A stretch of 50,214 nucleotides of DNA, taken from positions 322 to 50,535 of the forward strand of contig PKZO01000009.1 of assembly GCA_003133125.1 (NCBI GenBank), given 5' to 3'. A program made the translations under genes and the position numbers. The notes beneath the pieces were generated by a model that was not told the origin of the DNA, did no database searches, and saw only the letters and a program-made list of their open reading frames with translations. The stretch is from Acidimicrobiaceae bacterium. Its GTDB lineage: Bacteria > Actinomycetota > Acidimicrobiia > Acidimicrobiales > RAAP-2. Of this stretch, positions 39,956-48,892 are shown piece after piece. Position 1 is the first letter of the stretch; each line of letters begins with the position of its first letter.

Positions 39956-40955
39956 CGTTGAGCGCCGCGCCGACGTCCAGCAACTCGACCCAGGTCTGGC
40001 CAGGCGTGAGTTGCATTACCTTGCCACTCGAAGTCTGGTACTGGATGACGTCGGACATCGAAGAGCCACGTGACCACGTCCCGTGGACTTCCTTGCCGTT
40101 GGTGAAGAAGTCGGCGGTGCCCGAACCCTGCAGGTTGGCGTAAGAGTTGAGCGTGCCGATGCCGTTCACGTAGTTCACGAACATGACCACCACGTTCTTG
40201 GGCGACTCGCGCGCGCCGGTACCGGTCACGTCGGCCTTGCCGAAGAGCGTGCGGTCCCACGAACTCGAGGCGGTGTCCCACGTCCAGGTGACGGGATAGA
40301 TGCTCGGAAAGTTCACGAGGAAACTCGCTACCGTCGTACCCTTCACCTTCGTACCCGCGCTGCGGTACGAGAAGAGCGCGGGCGGCGGCTTGGGCGAGCC
40401 GCCGATCGCAAAGAGGTCGGACCCGATGCCGAAGAGATTGTGCGGCGCGTAGAGGTCCGGGTCGCGGTACATCGCTCCGGTCTCGTCGGCCTTGTCCTCG
40501 TCGACCAGCGCGAGACCAGGTACGGTCTCGATGCTGCTGATGGCGTACGGCGCGCCACCCGAGAAGGCGAAGATGCCCTTGAGCGGATAGACCACCTGGG
40601 TGTCAGTGGGTCGAACCGAACGGACCGGACCGATCTTGGCGGGCGCCTGGGAGTTGAAGATCGCCGCCAAGCGCGTAATGCCACCGTTGACGATCTCCTC
40701 GTAGACCACGTCAGCCTGGTCGATCCCCCACTGGGGCAACGCCTCGGGGGTGTTCTCGATCTTGACCGTGAGGGCCGGGCGCGTGAGGGCCGCCCCCCCG
40801 GGATCGGGCAAACCCGTCAAGGGCGCGACGGGGACCGGCGCCGTGGTGGTGGTCGTGCTGGGCGGAGTGGACTTTCCCTTGTGGTAATGGGTGTAGATAA
40901 CCCCCGCGGCACCAAGAACGACGAGGACGACAAGAACAGAAAGCCATTTACGCAT
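39945..40955 (-). CDS. DUF3048 (YerB-like) membrane-anchored protein
   Basis: N-terminal TM, Thr-rich linker, PLTG, VKIEN..ALPQWGIDQADVVYE..GGITR, GPVRSVR, PGQTWVE. Confidence 0.88.
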   Translation of the reverse strand: MRKWLSVLVVLVVLGAAGVIYTHYHKGKSTPPSTTTTTAPVPVAPLTGLPDPGGAALTRPALTVKIENTPEALPQWGIDQADVVYEEIVNGGITRLAAIFNSQAPAKIGPVRSVRPTDTQVVYPLKGIFAFSGGAPYAISSIETVPGLALVDEDKADETGAMYRDPDLYAPHNLFGIGSDLFAIGGSPKPPPALFSYRSAGTKVKGTTVASFLVNFPSIYPVTWTWDTASSSWDRTLFGKADVTGTGARESPKNVVVMFVNYVNGIGTLNSYANLQGSGTADFFTNGKEVHGTWSRGSSMSDVIQYQTSSGKVMQLTPGQTWVELLDVGAALNVTP

Positions 40956-41001
40956 ACGAATAACCTACTAAATTGATAGAGAATTGGGGGATGGGGGCCG
41001 C

Positions 41002-41466
41002 TTAACGGAGACCCTTGAAGATTACGGTATGGGCGAGTTGGGTCTCAGGACTCAAGTGTTCACTGCCTTTAAGGGTCGACCAACCCGTGTGCACGTAAAA
41101 ACCGAGCGCGGTGTCGCGACCGTTCGCCCAGAGCTGTTCGACCCCGAGTTGGCGTAGCTCGCGCTCGGACTGCTCGAGCACGCGGGAGCCGTACCCACGA
41201 CCCTGCACGTCCAGGTCGGTTGCCATGTAGCGCAGTTGATACGTGCGAAGCTCAGGGTTCACTGGGGAAAGCGAAGGGTAGAACGAAGCGCTCACCACGA
41301 GCCGATCCGAAAGAAAGCCCGCGAAGTGCAGGGACGTTGGTTCTTCGTCACGAGGATCCGCCACCGACATGGTGGGGTCGCCAAAGCGCAGGACGCGGCG
41401 ACGAAGTTCGTGCAGCGTCAACGGATCGACCCGTCGCACCAAGAACTCGTCCTCGAACTCAGTCAA
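41002..41466 (-). CDS. GNAT acetyltransferase
   Basis: LRRRVLR, QLRYMAT..VQGRGYG, LWANGRDTALGFY. Confidence 0.88.
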   Translation of the reverse strand: MTEFEDEFLVRRVDPLTLHELRRRVLRFGDPTMSVADPRDEEPTSLHFAGFLSDRLVVSASFYPSLSPVNPELRTYQLRYMATDLDVQGRGYGSRVLEQSERELRQLGVEQLWANGRDTALGFYVHTGWSTLKGSEHLSPETQLAHTVIFKGLR

Positions 41467-41950
41467 GGGTCTTCACCATCGTGCAAAGAATGATCGACGG
41501 ATCGCGGTCCATGACGATGGTCTCACCGTTCTCGACGAAGCCCACCTTGGTGTAGAACGCTCTGGCGCGCGCCACACTTTTGGTCACGTGCAAGAAGATC
41601 TCCTTCGCGCCCTCACCGCGCGCCCAGGAGACGACCGCGTCGACGAGTTGATTGGCGAGACCACTACCGCGCTGGCTCGGCGAGACGTACATGCCGTAAA
41701 GCCAGCGAGTTCCCGGGTGCGCGTCGTTGTATCCTCCCGAAGCCATCCCCCTCACGTCGCCGTCACATTCACCGAGGTAGTAATTCCAGTTCTTGGCCAC
41801 CTTTCGCCAATGGCGCGCGGACCAATTCAGTGACTCCTCGTACGTCGACCCGTACGCTTCGGGCGTGTCACCAAGGGCCTCGAGACGAATGGCTCGCAGG
41901 ACCAGGGCGTCAGAAACGCCCGCGCGTCGCACGATGCACGGGCTATTCAT
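41459..41950 (-). CDS. GNAT acetyltransferase
   Basis: RLEALGDTPEAYGSTY, MYVSPSQRGSGLA, ARAFYTKVGF. Confidence 0.9.
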   Translation of the reverse strand: MNSPCIVRRAGVSDALVLRAIRLEALGDTPEAYGSTYEESLNWSARHWRKVAKNWNYYLGECDGDVRGMASGGYNDAHPGTRWLYGMYVSPSQRGSGLANQLVDAVVSWARGEGAKEIFLHVTKSVARARAFYTKVGFVENGETIVMDRDPSIILCTMVKTLD

Positions 41951-42560
41951 CGAACGTCATCCGCTGGGCGACGTTACGTTCAGCGAGTGAGCCGCTCGCG
42001 AACTGCTCGCGCACGTGGTCGCGGTCCTCGGCGGGTCGATTCTGAGAGAGTTTGGCTTTGCCCTCGATGCTGATCACCTCGATCTCGATGCCGACAATCG
42101 CCTTTAACTGTTGGTCAATGTACTGCGCCGGCGAATCGTCGACACTCCATTCCGGATCACGGCCACGCTCGAACCTCTGGGTCTGGGAGCGGACTTGAGC
42201 GAGCTTCCAATCCGGTTCCTCGTGCAGTCGTACCCGACCGCGCACTTCGGCCGCGACGTAGTTCCACGTCGGCACGACTCCTGGGCTCACGAGACGGCTC
42301 GGATAGAAAGACGGCGTGACGTACGCGCTCGCCGCTACGAAGATCGCCAGCAGGTGCGTGTCGGGTTCGACTCCCCTCCACCAGGGATTGGCCTTGGCGA
42401 GGTGCGAGGTGATCGTGTGGTGGTCGTCACTGACGACCACGGGCACGAAGACACTGGCGAGGCCGCTGGTTGTAGAGAGTACGAGCGCTCCCGCGCCCGC
42501 GTCACGAACCACTCGCCACGCGTCGTCGTCGTCGATCTGGAATTTTGCGGGTACGTACAT
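41943..42560 (-). CDS. PaiB-family FMN-binding split-barrel protein
   Basis: MYVPAKF, HLAKANP, YVTPSFY, VPTWNY, GKAKLSQN. Confidence 0.9.
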   Translation of the reverse strand: MYVPAKFQIDDDDAWRVVRDAGAGALVLSTTSGLASVFVPVVVSDDHHTITSHLAKANPWWRGVEPDTHLLAIFVAASAYVTPSFYPSRLVSPGVVPTWNYVAAEVRGRVRLHEEPDWKLAQVRSQTQRFERGRDPEWSVDDSPAQYIDQQLKAIVGIEIEVISIEGKAKLSQNRPAEDRDHVREQFASGSLAERNVAQRMTFDE

Positions 42561-42702
42561 GCGTCCATTGTTTCACGCTTTGCAGCGATGGTTGGCCGCT
42601 GCTAGGAGAGCACGTCGAGCTCGAAGCTCAGCCGTCGTTACTTCAAACTGAACACGATGTTCCGCTTGGGACCAGCGTGTTGGAAGCGTTGGTGCGGGTG
42701 GG

Positions 42703-43992
42703 CTACGTGTCGCTCTGACGTGGAAGACGCGCCGAATAGATCGAATAGCCGTCGATGTGGCGAACGAGGAACGTCGCGATTAAGGTCGCCGCCATCATCG
42801 GAATCATGATGCGAAAGCCACTGTGAGAGAGTTCGAGCACGAGCACGATGCCCGCGAGCGGCGCCTGCATCGAGGCGCCGACCATCGCCGCTCCACCGAC
42901 CAGTGCGAAAGCCCCAACCGGCGTCCCCGGCCACAGATGGATCCATGCGGCGCCGAAGAACGCACCAAAGACAGCGCCCGTCGCCAGGAAGGGTGTGAAG
43001 ACGCCGCCCGAGGCGCCGCTACCCAGGGTGAGGGCGGTCACGAAGGGCTTGAGCGCAAAGAGGGCGAAGAACAACCCGATTCCTCCCACCCCGAGGAACG
43101 CCTCGTGCGCCATGTCCTTGCCGTTACCAAAGAGTTCTGGATACCAGATGCCGAGCACTCCCAGGACGAGGAACGCGAGGGGCATCACCCAGAAGATCGA
43201 TGCGCCCTTGGCCCGCCGGTGCGCGCACCATCCAATGAGGCGCACGTAGAAAACGGCGAGTAGACCAATGATGATTCCCGCGGCCAGGGACCAGACCATC
43301 AAGGAACCGCTGAATCGATACGAGGGGATGTCGGGATACGTGGCACCACTGGGCAGGTACACCCACGCGACCATGGTCGCGATCAGAGAACACGCCAAGG
43401 CCGGCAACACGGTCGGCAGGGCGAAGCTGCCGAGCAAGACCTCGGCGGTGAAGATCGCACCACCCAGGGGGACGTTATAGACCGCCGCGAGTCCCGCCCC
43501 GCCGCCACAAGCGACGAGTAGTCGCTTCTGAGCGGGCGAGAGCTTCAACCAGTGCGACAGCACGCTGCCCGACGCCCCACCCATCAGTTTGGGCGCGGCC
43601 TCGCGGCCAATGGACGCACCCATGCCAATGACCACCTCGGACGCGATCGAGGTGAGCAAGCTCCGGCGAATTCCGAGTTCGCCGTCACCGTTCCAGAGCG
43701 AGTCGTCGATCTCGGCCTTCTCGTGACGCAGGTAACGACGAATGAAGTACCACATGATCGCACCCAGCACACCGGCGACCAGGAGAGTGCTCACGCGGTG
43801 CAGGCTCGAGGTGCGCGCGACGGCGGCCTGGTAACTGCCCGAGTGGTAGCCGAACGCGACGCGTTCGCTCGTAGCCAGTATCCACATCAAAAGGTCACCG
43901 AAGAGTCCAGTGGCCACGCCCGTCAGCACGACCGCGACCCAGAACACCGGGGTGAGAGCGGCGTCTTCCTGGGTGACGTTGGGCTGCTCCAT
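42703..43992 (-). CDS. ClC family chloride channel/transporter
   Basis: GASIGREAAP, GLAAVYNVPLGG..F..E, GASGGVFTP, MQAPLAG; start uncertain (43992 or 44079). Confidence 0.9.
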   Translation of the reverse strand: MEQPNVTQEDAALTPVFWVAVVLTGVATGLFGDLLMWILATSERVAFGYHSGSYQAAVARTSSLHRVSTLLVAGVLGAIMWYFIRRYLRHEKAEIDDSLWNGDGELGIRRSLLTSIASEVVIGMGASIGREAAPKLMGGASGSVLSHWLKLSPAQKRLLVACGGGAGLAAVYNVPLGGAIFTAEVLLGSFALPTVLPALACSLIATMVAWVYLPSGATYPDIPSYRFSGSLMVWSLAAGIIIGLLAVFYVRLIGWCAHRRAKGASIFWVMPLAFLVLGVLGIWYPELFGNGKDMAHEAFLGVGGIGLFFALFALKPFVTALTLGSGASGGVFTPFLATGAVFGAFFGAAWIHLWPGTPVGAFALVGGAAMVGASMQAPLAGIVLVLELSHSGFRIMIPMMAATLIATFLVRHIDGYSIYSARLPRQSDT

Positions 43993-44238
43993 GGCGCCGC
44001 GCCCCGAGGCGATTCGACGCTTGAGCAGCGGCGGGGGAACTCGCAATCGCTCGTTCTCGCCCTCGTGTCTATGTTTCATACGCCTCTCGCTGCTTCGTGT
44101 TTTCAATCGTACCGGCGACACTTTGGCCATTTTCAACCATGCGGTGCGAACAACCCAAGATCTTCCCGACGTCCGCCTCTCTCCTATTGCACTAGAAATT
44201 GTCGGGAAACCGACCACGCAGCGGTCTATCGTCTCTCA

Positions 44239-44388
44239 ATGTTTCAGTACGCGCGGGCCTTCGTCGGCCGCCGCGAGGCCGTGCGCGAACTCGAATGGCG
44301 AGGTGACCTTGAGGACGTGTACGACGACTTCTTTAACAACAACGTCTTCGCCCCGGCCAGCTTTCGAGTCAACGAGCGAACGGTCTGA
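44239..44388 (+). CDS. Small hypothetical protein (49 aa)
   Basis: MFQYARAFVGRREAVRELEWRGDLEDVYDDFFNNNVFAPASFRVNERTV*; TATCGT-N6-ATG; fills the gap and abuts the next stop codon. Confidence 0.6.
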   Translation: MFQYARAFVGRREAVRELEWRGDLEDVYDDFFNNNVFAPASFRVNERTV

Positions 44389-45156
44389 CTACTCGACGAA
44401 ATCGCTTATCGCCAGTCCGCAACCCGCGCACAACGGTGCGCCCGCGCTTGGCGCGCCGCAACTCGGGCACAGCAGGTTCGCGAAGCACGCGGGCTCTCCC
44501 CCGCCGGTGTCAACGCCCAACTCCAGCAATTCGCGTGGGTCGTCGATGATGAATTCGGCTCCGCTCGTATCAAGCTCGTCGCGTGAACCGTAACCCCAGA
44601 GCACGCCAATCGGCACGACACCGTGAAAAATGGAGGCCAGGACATCTTGCTCTCGATCGCCCACCATCCAGACCCGTCGTTTGTGAGGGGGTCGGAAGTA
44701 TTCGAGAACCTCGTTGAGTACCTGCTTTTTCGTAGTGAGCGTGTCGTCCATACTGACGCCTGAAACAGTTCGAAAGAACGTCGACACGCCCAGCAGATCG
44801 AGCATCTCGTGGGCGAAGTCCACACGCTTGGCCGTCGCGACTCCCATGCGAACACCGCTCTCGTCCAGTACCCGCAAGGTCTCAAAGACCCCTTCGTAGA
44901 GTTGCGCTCGCTGGACACCGAACTTCGCGTAGAAATCGCGGTATCGATCAACGACCGCCTCGAGAGAGTCGCCCTCGATGCCCAAGGATCGAAAAGATTC
45001 CTCCAAGGGTGGACCGATCGTTTGGCGCAACTCCTCGTCACTGGCCGCGACGCCAATTTCGTCAAGCGTCAGGCGAAAGGAATACAGGATCCCCTCTTGG
45101 GAATCAGCGATGGTGCCGTCGAGATCAAAGATCACGTACTCGGGCAACGAACTCAC
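44389..45156 (-). CDS. HAD-family hydrolase (phosphoglycolate phosphatase/5'-nucleotidase-like) with C-terminal Cys-rich tail
   Basis: FDLDGTIADS, IGPPL, VATAK, MVGDREQD, GVLWGYG; tail CPSCG..CAGCG. Confidence 0.9.
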   Translation of the reverse strand: MSSLPEYVIFDLDGTIADSQEGILYSFRLTLDEIGVAASDEELRQTIGPPLEESFRSLGIEGDSLEAVVDRYRDFYAKFGVQRAQLYEGVFETLRVLDESGVRMGVATAKRVDFAHEMLDLLGVSTFFRTVSGVSMDDTLTTKKQVLNEVLEYFRPPHKRRVWMVGDREQDVLASIFHGVVPIGVLWGYGSRDELDTSGAEFIIDDPRELLELGVDTGGGEPACFANLLCPSCGAPSAGAPLCAGCGLAISDFVE

Positions 45157-45239
45157 TCCACCATCATGACGCGTTTTCTGGCGTCATCTTTCGCGTGAAG
45201 TCGCAACCTTCTGCGGCGCCCCACGGGCTCGCTGTGGCG

Positions 45240-46043
45240 TCAGCGTCTCGCGAGCACCTCGACGTGAAGAACGACGAACACACCATCCTCGTCGCTCGCC
45301 CACTGGAGGAACGCGCTTGCCATCGCGGCGAGTTCGTGTTCGTCGGCGAGACCGTAGGCGAGGGCCTGGTGGGCGAAATCGCTGTGTCGGACTCGGTCCG
45401 CCCAGAGCCCTCCCCACCACGCCCGTTCCTCGGCACTGTGAAAGGTCCAATTCGACGACGCCACGGCCGCGTCACTGAAGCCGGCTTCGTGGACCCAGGC
45501 CGCTAAGTGTCGTCCCGCGTTCGCCTGGGCGCCGTTCGCCCTGGTCACGCGCTGGTAGAGGTCCATCCACGCCTCGAGTCGGGGATCTTCGGGTGACCAC
45601 ACGAAACCTCCGTAATCCGCGTCGCGCACGCCGAGCACACCTCCGTTGACGAGGACCCGGCGCATCTCGACGAGCGCGGACACTGGATCGCTCAGGTGCT
45701 GGAGAACCTGGTGGGCGTAGACCACGTCAAAGCTCTCGTCACCGAAGGAGAGGTCGTACACGTTGTCGACCGAGAACTGCAGATTCTCGCCCACCTGATC
45801 CGCGTGCAGGCTCTGGGCGGTCTCGATGACTTCCGACGCGATGTCAATACCCGCGACGATCCCCGGCGCGACGCGACGCGCGAGGTCGGCACTGATCGTT
45901 CCCGGGCCGCAACCCACGTCAAGGACGCGAGCCCCGGCGAAGAGTTCGGGAAGCAAGAAGCCGGCTGAGTTCTCCGCGGTGCGCCAACGATGACTGCGTA
46001 GGACCGACTCGTGGTGGCCGTGGGTGTAGTGATCTGCGGTCAT
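45240..46043 (-). CDS. Class I SAM-dependent methyltransferase
   Basis: YTHGHHESVLRSHRWRTAENSA, VLDVGCGPGTI, FDVVYAHQVLQH; ATG 46043 overlaps the upstream stop. Confidence 0.92.
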   Translation of the reverse strand: MTADHYTHGHHESVLRSHRWRTAENSAGFLLPELFAGARVLDVGCGPGTISADLARRVAPGIVAGIDIASEVIETAQSLHADQVGENLQFSVDNVYDLSFGDESFDVVYAHQVLQHLSDPVSALVEMRRVLVNGGVLGVRDADYGGFVWSPEDPRLEAWMDLYQRVTRANGAQANAGRHLAAWVHEAGFSDAAVASSNWTFHSAEERAWWGGLWADRVRHSDFAHQALAYGLADEHELAAMASAFLQWASDEDGVFVVLHVEVLARR

Positions 46044-46459
46044 CGTGGCTCGTGAAGCCAACGTCCGAGCACGACGGTGCGCGCGTCGTCGTAGCCGAGT
46101 CGCTCGTAAAAGCCCCGCGCGGCCGTGTTCGTGCCGCGCACCATCAGCTGGACTTTGGGTACGTCTCGCCGGGCGAGCCAACTCTCGGCACCCTGCAGCA
46201 AGAGTCGCCCGACGCCGCGACGTTGGTGCGACGGCGCTACGGCCACGTAGTAGACCCAACCACGATGGCCATCGGCGCCCACCATGGCCGTGCCCACCAA
46301 GGCGTCACCGTCCAAGGCTCCGAGCACTCCAGAGGTTTCGCCACGCAAGGCCCGAAGAAAGTCCTGGCGCGGATCGTTCCAAGATCTCGTGAGTCCAACG
46401 CTCTCCCACAAAACTGCGGCGTGCTCGACGAAGGTCTCATCGAGTTCTTCAATTCTCAT
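46040..46459 (-). CDS. GNAT acetyltransferase (YpeA-like)
   Basis: LTRSWNDP..D, GADGHRGWVYYVAV, KVQLMVR..N, FYERLGY. Confidence 0.9.
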   Translation of the reverse strand: MRIEELDETFVEHAAVLWESVGLTRSWNDPRQDFLRALRGETSGVLGALDGDALVGTAMVGADGHRGWVYYVAVAPSHQRRGVGRLLLQGAESWLARRDVPKVQLMVRGTNTAARGFYERLGYDDARTVVLGRWLHEPR

Positions 46460-46516
46460 CCACTCATGCTAGAAGGTTCGTTTCCAGCTAGGACTGGGGT
46501 GTTCTAGCCTGAGCAG

Positions 46517-46990
46517 ATGGACCCCGAATGGACTGGCCAGGCGCGCCTGTGGATCATCGGTGGCTACCTGATCAACTTGGTGGCGAGCGTGGTCGAGTTC
46601 GTCGGACAGTTCTCTTCGTTCACTCACGGTGGACTTAGCACGACCACTGCGGTCGACGTCACGCTCGGTCCGGTCGTCGCGGCCAGCTCGCTGTGGACCT
46701 GGTGGTGGCTTTCGCAACTACGAGTCAACGACGACGTGCAGCGGCCCATCATTCGAAACGGCGTCATCGGGTTGGTCGTCGTGCTCGTCAGCGAAGCGAC
46801 TATGTCCTTCACGAGCTACACCTCGCTGATTTCGATCCACTCGGCGCCGACCTGGGTACTCGCCACCTTCTTATTGATGACCGTGGGCGAGGTCGCCTCG
46901 GCCATTGGTTTCCTCGCCGTTCTGCTCGCGCTGCGTTCGAGACTGGCACCCACGAGCACGCCAACGACCAGCGAAGACTGGGATACCTAA
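46517..46990 (+). CDS. Hypothetical membrane protein (4 TM)
   Basis: Four hydrophobic segments; TAGCCT-N6-ATG. Confidence 0.7.
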   Translation: MDPEWTGQARLWIIGGYLINLVASVVEFVGQFSSFTHGGLSTTTAVDVTLGPVVAASSLWTWWWLSQLRVNDDVQRPIIRNGVIGLVVVLVSEATMSFTSYTSLISIHSAPTWVLATFLLMTVGEVASAIGFLAVLLALRSRLAPTSTPTTSEDWDT

Positions 46991-46994
46991 GAGT

Positions 46995-47039
46995 TGTCAG
47001 TCAAAATTGACATCTCCCCTGAGTCAAGTTAAACTGACA
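46995..47039 (+). promoter_or_regulatory. Sigma-70 promoter (TTGACA-17-TAAACT) overlapped by two operator palindromes
   Basis: TGTCA-N8-TGACA (46995-47012) and AGTCA-N8-TGACA (47022-47039); -35 at 47007-47012, -10 at 47030-47035, ATG 6 nt later. Confidence 0.8.
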
Positions 47040-47041
47040 AT

Positions 47042-47254
47042 ATGACCGAGGATGAACTCGCCGACTCTCTCAAGTCCGCTGACCCAGGCCAAGCGCTCCG
47101 GGCCTCTCTTGCGCTTCACGGCCTCGCCGAAAGGCTCGAGGCTCGATCGGTTGCGCTGGCTCGCGAGAAAGGTTGGGCGTGGCAACAAATCGGTGAGGCC
47201 CTAGGAGTGACGCGTCAGTCCGTACATCACAAGTACGGAAGGGACACGAGATGA
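47042..47254 (+). CDS. Small helix-turn-helix protein (ClpC2 N-terminal-like)
   Basis: AREKGWAWQQIGEALGVTRQSVHHKYG. Confidence 0.85.
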   Translation: MTEDELADSLKSADPGQALRASLALHGLAERLEARSVALAREKGWAWQQIGEALGVTRQSVHHKYGRDTR

Positions 47255-47754
47255 CCGCAGTACGCGATTCGGAGCTCTACCACCCCTGGATGACCTACAT
47301 TGGCGCGTGCGAAGAAGCCCGGCGACGCGGCGACCGTCGCGTCGGCACCGATCACCTGTTGCTCGGGCTCTTGCGCGACCCGGTTATGGAGAGCGCTCTA
47401 GGCGCGAGCCACGAAGAGGTTCGTCTGGCCCTGACGAACATTGACAACGAGGCATTGGCCTCGATTGGCGTCCCTGAATCAATGAACTCACCCCTACTCG
47501 CCGAACACGCGCTGCCCCAACGACCCAACGTGCTCGACGTATGGAAGGGCCACATGAAGATGACCCCTTCCGCGAAGAACGCAATCAAGCAGTTCGGTGT
47601 TCCGATGCGCCATCACCAGACCGTCAAGCCACAGCAATTGCTCTTGTGGCTCCTCGACAACCGCTCTCCGGATCCAGTAGCGGTACTGCTCGAGCGCTTG
47701 AAGATCGACACGGTGGCTCTTCGCCAACGTCTCGAACACCAACTCGTCGATTGA
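47251..47754 (+). CDS. Stand-alone Clp N-terminal (Clp repeat) domain protein
   Basis: EEARRRGDRRVGTDHLLLGLL and degenerate second repeat MTPSAKNAI..QQLLLWLL; no ATPase domain. Confidence 0.8.
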   Translation: MTAVRDSELYHPWMTYIGACEEARRRGDRRVGTDHLLLGLLRDPVMESALGASHEEVRLALTNIDNEALASIGVPESMNSPLLAEHALPQRPNVLDVWKGHMKMTPSAKNAIKQFGVPMRHHQTVKPQQLLLWLLDNRSPDPVAVLLERLKIDTVALRQRLEHQLVD

Positions 47755-47778
47755 TCAAGTAATCGTCGCGTTTGAGAC

Positions 47779-47919
47779 TCAGTGGTGCCCGAGCACCACT
47801 AGGAGAACGACGAGGAGCGACAGCCAGGCGACGAGCCAACCCTGCCACGTCTGAGGTCGACGACCGTAGCCAATTCGCTTGGGTCCAAACCAGGGTTTCT
47901 TGCCATTCTCATTCGGCAC
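47779..47919 (-). CDS. Small membrane protein with WFGPKRIG..PQTWQGW motif
   Basis: Trp/Gly-rich motif followed by one TM helix; start uncertain (47919 or 47967). Confidence 0.65.
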   Translation of the reverse strand: MPNENGKKPWFGPKRIGYGRRPQTWQGWLVAWLSLLVVLLVVLGHH

Positions 47920-48069
47920 GATCGCGAGCGCCTCACCTTTCGAACTTGTACTGCGCGTGGGCCACATTTCTCAAATAATACGTCGGGCCTTCCGCCGCCG
48001 AGTTCTCGGTGGTTGCCGATACGCCCACTGTCATCGCGCCTAGGTTGTGAGAACGCAAAGGGGGAATTC

Positions 48070-48858
48070 ATGCGCGTACTCATCACCGGCGCCGCACGGG
48101 CGATTGGCGCCGCCACCGCCACCGAACTGACCAACGCCGGACACCAGGTCATCGCAACCGCTCGCGACACCGCGCTGCTCGACTCGCTCGACGTCGCACT
48201 GCGCCTGCCCCTTGACGTCACGAGCGAGTCGTCGATCATCGAGGCGCTGGCGCGCGCGGGCGACATCGACGCGGTCGTCAATAACGCCGCCCAGCACGGC
48301 AAAGGCCCGCTCGAGGACTATCCCATTGAACGGCTTCGACAGATGTTCGAAACAAACGCGATCGGCCCCATTCGACTGATCCAACACCTCGTGAAGTCCT
48401 GGCGCGAACGCGGCCACGGCGTCATCGTGAACATCAGTTCGGTGCAGGGTCGAGTTGCCACGCCGCTCGAAGGGGCGTACGCCGGGTCGAAATACGCCCT
48501 CGAGGCGATGTCCGAAGCTCTGCATTACGAGCTTCGCCACTTCGGCATCCGTACCGTGATCATCGAACCGGGTTACATCGCTCCTGGCATGAAGCCGGTG
48601 TCGCAGATCGAGCGCAACCCTGCTTACGCCGAACTCTGGGACGAATGGGAGGGCACCGACACCAAGTTGGGTGGGCCCGAGGGTCGCCCGGGTCCCGAGA
48701 TCGTGGCACACGCCGTGCGGCGCGCCATTGAGGACCCGAGCACGCCCCTTCGCGTACCCGTGGGCGCCGACGCGGAACTCATTCTCGCGACCCGCTCTCA
48801 GATGGACGACGCGCAATTCGAAGAACTCATGCGCGAGACACTGCGGCTTCGGTGGTAG
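48070..48858 (+). CDS. Short-chain dehydrogenase/reductase
   Basis: ITGAARAIG, VVNNA, NISS, YAGSK, IEPG; AAAGGGGG SD. Confidence 0.92.
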   Translation: MRVLITGAARAIGAATATELTNAGHQVIATARDTALLDSLDVALRLPLDVTSESSIIEALARAGDIDAVVNNAAQHGKGPLEDYPIERLRQMFETNAIGPIRLIQHLVKSWRERGHGVIVNISSVQGRVATPLEGAYAGSKYALEAMSEALHYELRHFGIRTVIIEPGYIAPGMKPVSQIERNPAYAELWDEWEGTDTKLGGPEGRPGPEIVAHAVRRAIEDPSTPLRVPVGADAELILATRSQMDDAQFEELMRETLRLRW

Positions 48859-48892
48859 AAAGAAGCACGACGCCAGTCAACGACTCGAGTCG

